From the NCBI GenBank assembly GCA_964106915.2, contig OZ066925.1: 64,000 nt of DNA, one strand, 5' to 3'. The DNA comes from Podarcis gaigeae (lineage: Eukaryota). A program made the position numbers and the translations under genes. Positions within the stretch are counted from its first letter, which is position 1. Each line of letters opens with the position of its first letter. Under the pieces are notes generated by a model, which saw only the letters and a program-made list of their open reading frames with translations, was not told where the DNA came from and did no database searches. Shown here piece by piece: positions 54,175 to 64,000 of the stretch.

Positions 54175-54760
54175 CCTCTTAAAAACCAAACTGTTAACTG
54201 TAGCCAACTTAGATTCAGATGAAGGTGATGTCTGACTGAGGAGGAAAATGTCATGGGGAAGTTATGGCCAGATCCAGAATGTCTGACATCCATGGCCAAT
54301 ATGGTGCCATTAAAATTAGCAGAGCCCTTTCTTCCTAAAGTTTCTGTAGGAGTTGAGGAATAACCGGAACTGGAGGGAAGGCATAAAGTAGACCAGGTGG
54401 CCACAAAGCTGCTAGCGCATCTGTTGCTTCTACCATCAGACAATGGAACCCGGTGAAGAACCTCTCAACCTGACAATTTATGTCAGATGCAAAGAGGTCC
54501 ACTTTGATTGTGCCATAACAAGTCTGAATTTGCTGAAATACAGCTGGGTGTAACATCCACTCCCCCAATATTACCCTATCCACGGTCAGATAAACTGTTG
54601 CTGACTTGGTGTTTATAGAGAGGTGCCCAGGTGAATCAGCTGACTCACTTACATGTGGTGACTTTTGGCCCAATTGATCAAGCAACTGTGGTCTTGCAGG
54701 CATGAGACAGCTCGGCATGTCCTGTTGAGCCTGATCCAAAATTACTAGGCACAAATTGGA
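54175..54760 (-). mobile_element. DIRS-type tyrosine-recombinase retrotransposon relic (RNase H C-terminus and methyltransferase-like domain)
   Basis: EWMLHPAVFQQIQTCYGTIKVDLFASDINCQVERFF...ATDALAALWPPGLLYAFPPVPVIPQLLQKL, then after a disruption LMAPYWPW. Matches the DIRS DLFAS/YAFPP/APxWP motifs. Confidence 0.82.
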
Positions 54761-56219
54761 TTTCACAGTGTCTTTATGCTGCATTGCAGTATATGAAGGA
54801 CATTTCAGCAAATGTACCTCTCCATAGGTGGCTTATAATTTAGTTTTTCATATTTATAGCCTGCTTTTCAAGGCAGCAACAGGTTATTTTAGTGCATGTA
54901 GTGAAAAGAGCTAAAGGATGGCTGGTCTCCGGTCTCCCAGTTGCTGAAGAAGGAAGGCTTGAAGGATTATTTCCAAAGGCTTTAATGTTTTGATTACTGC
55001 AGTACATATACACATTGCTGGCACTTCAGGCAATACACGTGACTAATTTTAAATGCAGCTGCAAGGCCGGTACTCTTAACTGTCAAAGTTTTAGTTGTTG
55101 ATCAGACACACCCCCCTTTGTGAAATGGGATGGGCTCATCGTAGGGCAGTTAGCGTTTCTGCAATATCACACTACATATAGTAGGCGGAACCCTCAATTG
55201 CCTACTCTTTTTGCTCCTGCTGGACCTAGTGAAATATCCCCGTCTGGGTAGGCACAGTTACTCCTTTTTTCTGAAGATGCCGAGGTGGGTGGTGCAGTGA
55301 GCACTGAGGGTGTGTTAGATAGAGGTTCTGACAGCCCTGTAGAGGGAGGTGGGGTTCATGGGGCTCATTATGGGGACAGATGAGACAAGTGAGCAGGTTA
55401 AGGGAGCCCCTCTTCCCAGGGTCCTCACTAACAGACTGCTCCACTCCTGGCAGAGGCCCCCACATCCTGCTGCAGCCCTTGCCAGGTCCTCAGCCAATCC
55501 TCCATCTGCATTGTCCTGACACAGCCATGACTTAGCCCAAACACGCAGGCTCCCAGGGAGCAGATGACAGCCACTTGGCTGCTCCCTAGTTGTTTTGTTG
55601 TTTTTCTGCTGTGCTGAGCTAAGCCATAGTTTGGCTTAGCATGCTATCCAAAGTTGGGTGTATGGTTTAGCACTCTCCAGACTAACCATGACTTCTACAG
55701 CAAGAACAAACTTTGATTTGGCTTAGCATGTGTGAACCAGGCCACTGAATATTTGTTTTAAGATTTTAGCTCTTCAATCAAACTATCAGAGTGGCTTACA
55801 ATAAATATTGAAAAAATAGTAAAATACAGCAAATCTAGAAAAATCAACATTAAAATAACAATCAAGATGAAATCAAAATTATCACTGTGTGTGGAAACAG
55901 ATGAATGTTAAAACTTTTAAAGAATAGTGCAAATGTTCTTAATTCCTTGCCTATATCACCGGTGGAGCTCCCTTTGGAATTGTACCCTTGACTATAATGC
56001 TGCAGTGTCTCTGTTTAAATAATGAAATGTGTGCATTCATAACTGAGTAGAGGATAACACCTTTTCTTCCTTTATGTAATCCTATTTAAAGAAAAACACA
56101 TTTTAAAATTTTCAGCTTTATTTTATAGTACAGCATATTTGTTTGGAATCGCTGATGCAAATAGATGCTTTCCTATAAGTTACTATTTGCTATAGTACTT
56201 TGTAATAAAAATACCGTAA

Positions 56220-56447
<228 letters not shown>

Positions 56448-56604
56448 TAAAGCAACTTATTTCCATTAGGGATTTTGGGGTTTTTTTAGTACCTGCAGCT
56501 ATCCCACTTCTTTCCTGCAACCTGCAATAATTCTAAGACCCTAAATCAGGTGAATGCCAAAGGATGGATATTTTCAGTCCCAGTAAAGTCAAGACTTCGC
56601 AATA

Positions 56605-57062
56605 TAGAACAATCTGTCTTGAATAAGACAATTTGGTAAGGCATTATCTAGCTACTCTGGGAAAGGTTTTTGAGGAGCAGGTTATAATAAGTACATAAAA
56701 ATAAAGTGATGATTTAGGTCCACATGCTTTCATCTTAAAGCCAACTTGCTTACATGACATTTTATTAAATTTAATTCCATCTTCTCATTGCAAATAATAA
56801 GCATCAATTGCAGTTTAAGAAACCATACTCAGTTAAGACCAGAAGATACTCATACACATAAGTGTGTAACTTTGCTTAAACACCATCCTACAACTCCATA
56901 TCTTGTGTATGTGTAAAATTACAGGATGGTGTTTAAGCAAAGTAACACACCTATGTGCATCATCACTTCATATTTATGTACTTCTTATAACCTGCTCCTC
57001 AAAAACCTTTCCCAGTGTAGCTAGATAATGCCTTACCAAATGGTCTTATTCAAGACAGAATG

Positions 57063-57067
<5 letters not shown>
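56605..57067. repeat. Long imperfect inverted repeat (fold-back) in RUNDC3B intron 10
   Basis: 56613-56713 pairs with 56959-57059; 56855-56889 pairs with 56923-56957. Confidence 0.93.

Positions 57068-57106
<39 letters not shown>
57067..57106. repeat. (CA)n microsatellite
   Basis: Directly visible. Confidence 0.92.
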
Positions 57107-57107
<1 letters not shown>

Positions 57108-58333
57108 AATGTTTAAAAACCTTAGATTCCCTTGTTCAATTGCATGAAGGCCAAATCTCAGCTTGCAGCTTCCAAACAATTTGAAATGCTTCTGCATAGT
57201 AGTTCTTTGAATGTGTGAACCACTTGTCACCTATATGATCTTGGTCCTGTGGGGTGAACTGCAGCCTTGCAGCATCCTCCCATACTGCTAAGCTCAAAGT
57301 GATGTGCAGATCCTTAAGAGACAGATCTACTGAGTTGTAATATACAAAAGTTTCATGCAAGGAGAAAGGTTATTATTTAGAAACTAGTATCATAATACTA
57401 TTAGCTGATACCAAGATCCATTTAGTTTCTGTTTTTCACAAAATACTTTCCTGCTTCTCATTTTTTATTCTTTCCAATTGACTTGCCTCATTTTGAAATA
57501 AAGTTGTAATGTATATCTGATGTCTCATGGACAAACTATAGCTTCAAACGTAACTTGCCTTCAGATGAAGCTGAGAGAGAAGTAACCCCATTAATAAGTG
57601 CAGAGGGAATTCCTCCAAGATAAATCCACCCAGAAAGGAAAAAAAGTTGAATCTGGAAATAAACAGCAATAGGAACAAAAACGGAATGAAGTGAGGAGGG
57701 CCAAGTTTGGATAGAGGGGCACAGAGGAGTAAGGTGTCAGGAGAAAATGTGATAATCCAACAACTGTGAAGTGGTGAACGCTGCCTGGTGTTACACTATT
57801 GGTTCTGAAACCTTACTGTGTTACTGTCAGTTAGTAAGAAACTGGATTTTAGCCATGCAAAAACCCATATATTCTCCGATCAGTAAAAACTTCATTTGGT
57901 TTGTCCAGAGAGAGAGAGGGAGAGAGAGACAGAAAGTCCAAAGCAATGTGTTTTTTGAGAAGGTGCAGATGGGCCCACAATAGCAAATGGATGTGTTGTC
58001 TAAAAATGAAACTGCTCCATCTTATGACCAAATGTGAAAATGCAAGCCACCTGCATTATATACAAGTAATTTTTTTATTACAGGTAATGGTGCTTGGAGG
58101 CAGTAGTGGATTGGATGAGAGCAAATAAACTGAAGCTGAATTCTGCTAAGACAGAGGGTAGTTCATGGGCAGTTCTTGTATCCAGAAATTAGGTGAAATG
58201 CCTGGTTCTAGACAGTCACACTTGCCCTGAAAAGGGTAGAAGGGAGAAAAGTGATTGCTTTATGCTCCCTTATTGATCACCCTGGATGGGCCAGTCACTA
58301 GTGTTATATATAAGTGTTAATTTTTTTTCTTAA

Positions 58334-58510
<177 letters not shown>

Positions 58511-60097
58511 ATTTGTATTCAGTTGACATTCCTTAATTTATCTGCGGTTGAGACTCATACAACATTATGCTGGTTTTAAAAATTGCTACTCTATCCTTTT
58601 TAGCAACATCTAAAAAACAATGGCTTGCAGTTGTTGTTTTTTAAAAATACTCCTTGATTGCTTACAATATTCATGATTTTCAGTCTGTTGAATGTACAAT
58701 TAAGGCTGCAAATCATCATTAAGAGAAAAGGGGATTATCTTAACTGCCAAAATCTGTCTTCTCTTGAAGCTTACTTTCCTCACTTCTTTAGATATGCTCA
58801 CATTTACAAGGATAACTTAAATCTCAATAGGCAAGTAAAAATATTGACTATTGTAAGAACAAAATATTTGAATTGTATTCTATTATGATGGATTGAAAAA
58901 ACTGAACTACTTAGAGCGGTGGTAGCTATTAGATCTACACCTGAATTTTCATTATACTAGTCTTACTTCCATCAGGGTTTCCCACATATTTGGCATTCTG
59001 ACACGCTGAACTACTTGCAGGGTACAAAGTGGAGAAATTTGGAGATGGCATCCAAATTGTTTGTGCTCATGACATGTTCGAATGTAAAGGTAGGAGACAC
59101 TTGTAGAGAAAAGTAGTGCAACTATTTATAGTGGTTCCTTTTAAGAACTTGGTTTTTCTCCGAAAAGCAAGTATCACAATAGACTTGTATGTAAGTCTTG
59201 CTACCTGCTCTGTAGTATAAAGTTTAAATCAGGTGTCACTGGTCAACAGTTAAACAATGCTAGCCATGCTTTTTTTAACCTTTTGCAGTTTAATTTTTAA
59301 AGTGCAACCCTTTCTACAGTGTAACGAGTTTCATTTCCTAGCATTACTGGGAATTGTTACATGCAGTGATCACAGGCTATTTTGTGTAAAAGTACTGATA
59401 CACATACAGTCCCTAAACTTCATGACTCTGAGGAAATGCTTTATTGTGCCAAAGAAGTTCCATGCATTGTTTTCTAATTTGGAACAACTATCAGTTTGAT
59501 TACCTACTTATTATTTTGCCAAAAAGAGATGTGCCTCTTGTAATATTTGCTATAAAAATTGATTAGCATTAAGAGAAAGCAGATTATACATGAAATTCTT
59601 TGTGTTGGCAAATTCATTATTTTTCATATGTGCTGAGCTAAATTATGAGACAAAAACAAGACAATGTTCCTGCTTTGCCAGATGTTACGTACTGACTACC
59701 TGATAAAAGTAATGCAATGCATGTTAATTATCTCTTGTAAAATAGTTATCTTTTAAGAACATGAGGAAAAATGAAATCTTTACAGCCAAGTTTTGAGAGG
59801 TATATAGAGTATTGTTAGCAGGTTTGTATGTGTGAACTCTTCCTTGGGACAGTTTACTGTTGATCTGGAAACATGACTTTGTCATGCCAGTTATTGACTA
59901 GTTGGAGCAGCTGGGATCAAAGCCTTTTTTTTTACAGACCATAACTAAAATCTCTAGTTTGTATGTGAAACCAGTCAGGTCAATATTTGTGCATGAAAAG
60001 TTTACTGTATTTGTTCTGAAATCCTGTCAAGTTTTCAGACTTGGAAAAAAACCCAAATTGTGCAGACTTGCGCTGCTGTATCAAATGTTGCATGTGC

Positions 60098-60145
60098 ATT
60101 AAACATTTTGTACTATTACTACTTTCGTTGTTGTACTTTTTCTTT
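60098..60145 (+). terminator. RUNDC3B: Candidate RUNDC3B polyadenylation signal
   Basis: ATTAAA at 60098-60103 followed by a GU/U-rich tract (ttcgttgttgtactttttct). Confidence 0.5.
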
Positions 60146-61542
60146 ATAACAGAAATATTGCCTGCCATTGTTTTATCATTTTAGCTTGTACACAATCTTG
60201 AGAAGGATTTCAATAGGTGTTACATAATACCACAATGAATATTGATTCAAATGGAACAAACGGTCAAGCGCACTACACCAATGTTATCATAAGGGAATTG
60301 CAGAGTTGTGCTAGGAAACTATAAAGTGTTCAACTTTGCATTACAGACTGTTTTACTACAGACATTATTATTTACAATTATATACTGCTTTCTGTCTGAA
60401 AGATCTTTAAGTGGTTTACAGTAGATAAATGTGGTTAGAACATACTGCATAAATCCTACATCAATTACTGTGGCTACCATTTTCTTTCACTTACAAGGTG
60501 TGGAAACTTTATTCTGGGAGTTAATTTGTAGTTATGTTTTAACTGGACCATTTGCAATGCTGCTGTGTCAAATATTTGTACTAAATTACATTATTTTTGT
60601 AAGCTTATGATTGATTTTAAAACCTGAATTAAAAAATGGGAAAGTGGCTATAAACCTATCAAATAAAATACAGCCCAATTTATGTTGCATTTAAAAAGCA
60701 ATTTGCCCAATTTTCTCTCAAGTGTGTCATATAATCTGTACAATGAGCTGCTACTGGTGGATTGCAATTTTGATGCTTTAGTGTTTTTGTAATTGATAGA
60801 GAATAATTGTTTTTTATACATCCCAGGGATGACATGTATAGTCAAACCACCCCTGTGCGAGCATCCTTACCCTTTCTGAAGGTGTGTACTGAGCGGCTTT
60901 GCCCCCTAAGGCGAACTTTTAAGTTCCCAAACTTACTGGGCTCTGGGATGCTCTTGAGAGATCTCATTAGGTCAAGTTACTGCAAGATCTTGTGAGAGCC
61001 TTCCAGAGCCCTGTAAGCAAGTCTGGGAGCTTAAAAGTTCTTTCTGGGCTGGAAAAATGCTGTACAAAAAAGAGCTTTTAAGCTCTTCACCTTCAGTACA
61101 CTTAATTTGTGATTTCAACTGCATAATTTAATACATATAAGTTCCATTCATCCTGTATTTTAAATTGTTCAGTTATGTTTTAAGGTGCCACCTTGAGGGT
61201 ACAATGTTTTAAATAAGGATGTGGAACGAAAGTTTGCTGTGATCACAACTGTTTGTGAAATTTAGAAATTTAAGATGTTAAATTTTCTTGACTACTAGGA
61301 TATTTTGAGGAAGATGTTTATCTTCAAAATTAGCAGTACTGTGGTAAGTCAAATAAATAGTCCAATAGATCTGAAACATCTATAACAGTGATGGAGCTTC
61401 AAGTGCTGGTCTAAAGTGTACTATGATCCTTATATAACAATGCCCTACATATTCACTTGTGGACGTGCTAACACTTTAAAAAAAAATTGTCTTTGTTCTC
61501 TTCGCACCCGTGGTAGTTTTACTTTGTAACATTCATAGTGTA

Positions 61543-61784
61543 CAGTGGTACTTCAGGTTAAGAACTTAAGTCGTTCTGAAGGTCTGTTCTTAACCTGAAA
61601 CTGTTCTTAACCTGAAGCACCACTTTAGCTAATGGGGCCTCCTGCTGCCGCCGCGCCGCCACTGCACGATTTCTGTTCTCATCCTGAAGCAAAGTTCTTA
61701 ACCCGAGGTAATATTTCTGGGTTAGTGGAGTCTGTAACCCGAAGTATATGTGACCTGAAGCGTATGTAACCCGAGGTACCACTG
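61543..61784. mobile_element. pogo/Tigger-type MITE
   Basis: TA-CAGTGGTACTTC...GAGGTACCACTG-TA; collinear with 15317-15542. Confidence 0.87.
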
Positions 61785-63624
61785 TAATTTAAACTCTGTG
61801 TGAATATATTAGAGTAATTTCTACAGCTGGCAAAAGATAATTGGCCATGTGCTATATTGAATTAATTTAATAATGTATTGCCCATGTGCCTAACACTGTA
61901 TTATCAAGTACAACTGGAAGCTAGGTGTGTGTACCCTTTTGCCCAACAGCTGGATGCATGCCTTTATCAGTCCTGGAAAGACACCAAGTGTAAACTTTAT
62001 ATTTTATTAAGAAAATACATTTTCCTTGTTTAATTTAAAAGGTGGTTGTTTCTGGGTAATGCCATGCTCAAGATTTTGGTAACATAACAGTGTAGAAATA
62101 TCCAAACTAGGAAATTCTCATGGTTTTCATTAAGATCTGTGCATATTAAACATAGCTGCTGAAGAAATTTGTTTGTCCTACTCCTATGCCTTATTCACAT
62201 ACGCTGTTAACCTGGATTATTCAATCACATGATGTAGGCACTCTAAATAATATGGCCTTGAGTGTCTGAGTCATTATTTCCTTTGTGGAAATACAATCTT
62301 GTATGTATAATTTCAAAATACGGTTTTGTGGGGGGAAAATATTGCTAAAACCAGCTGGACTGTTACCAGCTATAGATGGTTAGCTACATCAAGTGGCTAC
62401 TGTATGAAAGACATTTCAGTTTTCCCAGAGGAAGCCTAGGGCAGTTCATGGGCTGTGCAGCATTCTTCTTTTGCAGAACTAGGTCCTCGTCTTGAACAGA
62501 GCTGACTTGAAGGCGTGCATGATATGCAAGGAGCTTATCAACTATATTTTTAAGATATAAAATTATCTTATGGACCTTCTTACTGCTGCCACCAAGTTTA
62601 CAGAATCAGCATTAAAGGTTCTTCATAGCTTTGTCTTTATTTATTCTACGGAAGAAAGATTTCCCATATTCATAGGCGCTGATCATTATGGCACAAGCAG
62701 GAGCAATTTTTGTCAGTCTTGGAATAATGCCTACAGAAAAGATAAATTACAACTATTCAAGAGCATGGAAGAACTAAGTGGGAGATCATCAGTAAGCTAT
62801 TGTATGTAATTGCTTAAGATTTTGCACAACTAGCACAATGTTATTGTACTTACCCGTTTATTTCAATCATTTGTTATGCTTAGCATAGAAGAGGGGAGGG
62901 GACATGAAGGACTGTCACACAAAAGATGGAGCCGAGTGGGGCCAGAACCAATTATCTATATTTCATTATTCTCAAGTCTAAAGGGACCACACAGTATGTT
63001 CATTTGCTTATTGGTTTCTCCTATTGTTCAGTCTTGCAATTTGAATGCTCTTATATTTATCACTGAGCAGAAACCATTATACCAATATATTTTTACAGAC
63101 CCTATCTCACAAGATCACTGCACATAACTTAAACCTACAATGTACAGAAAGCACAGGTTTGTCAAGCCTTGAGCCATCACCCATAAACAAAATATTTGGA
63201 GTATATGAATAGTGGCTTTGTAGCAGATTTAAAAGAGATCAAAGCCATTTGAAAAGTAAGGGTAATAAATCTGAATGATGTTATCAACAATGCAGTTGAA
63301 TGAACTTAATCATTGTTAATATAATAAAGTTCACAGATTCTTTGAGAGATTCAAAAGCACAACCCTAATTGTTTACCCATAACAATGTTCATGGTAATGC
63401 TTCAGGCTCTCGTAGAGACTGTGAAAGTACAGTACATGACAATTTTTATTTGCCAAGGCTGTTTCTCCAGAATTTTTGTATTTATTTTACCTGCATCCCA
63501 TTCTTACATGGGGGCTTAACAGTTTCTCATCATTGGGACTGATCAGTGCCCTGGGGGCCTCCCCAATTAAGTAACTGAGTTAGTTTGTTTTCCACTTTTC
63601 ACAACTGCAAAATAAGTTTGTAGG

Positions 63625-63869
63625 GAAGAAGAAGAAGAATTTGGATTTGATATCCTGCTTTATCACTACCTGGAGGAGTCTCAAAGCGGCTAACATTCTC
63701 CTTTCCCTCCCTCCCCCACAACAAACACTCTGTGAGGTGAGTGGGGCTGAGAGACTTCAGAGAAGCGTGACTAGTCCAAGGTCACCCAGCAGCTGCATGT
63801 GGCAGAGCGGAGACGCGAACCCAGTTCCCCAGATTATGAGGCTGCCACTCTTAACCACTACACCACACT
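63625..63869 (-). mobile_element. tRNA-derived CORE-type SINE (Squam3/MIR-like)
   Basis: Minus-strand head agtgtggtgtagtggttaagag, CORE-like gtgaccttggactagtcac, (TTC)n tail. Confidence 0.8.
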
Positions 63870-64000
63870 TTGCTATGCAAAACAATAAAGTGTTGTTGTC
63901 ATAACTACAGAAAGACGGTCATAATGGTTTAAATAGCTTAAGGTACAATCCTAATCAGAGCTGCTCCTAACAATTGGGCAGGACCACCACTGCATCTGGA

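Overview
Vertebrate genomic DNA, most likely from a lacertid lizard (Sauria/POM SINEs, BovB, CR1, pogo/Tc2 and hAT MITEs). It holds the 5' end of ABCB1 (P-glycoprotein) on the minus strand: a probable non-coding exon 1 and three coding exons at 8401-8310, 4690-4636 and 1138-991. Head-to-head with it is a complete 11-exon RUNDC3B gene on the plus strand (ATG 27778 in a CpG island, TGA 58510, 459 aa). All coding exon phases join in frame. The rest is intron or intergenic DNA dense in transposon relics, with one 150-nt N gap. Four structures stand out. (1) A 303-bp, 302/303-identical inverted duplication brackets the RUNDC3B promoter and exon 1; flipping the bracketed segment would aim that promoter at ABCB1. 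(2) A candidate antisense promoter and first exon in RUNDC3B intron 8 carries an 11-codon ORF that would splice in frame onto ABCB1 exon 2. (3) A long fold-back hairpin lies in RUNDC3B intron 10. (4) RUNDC3B appears to have a stop-loss C-terminal extension ending in KEDL. These four are sequence-based hypotheses, not demonstrated function. Repeat-family names come from recalled motifs, not from a database search.
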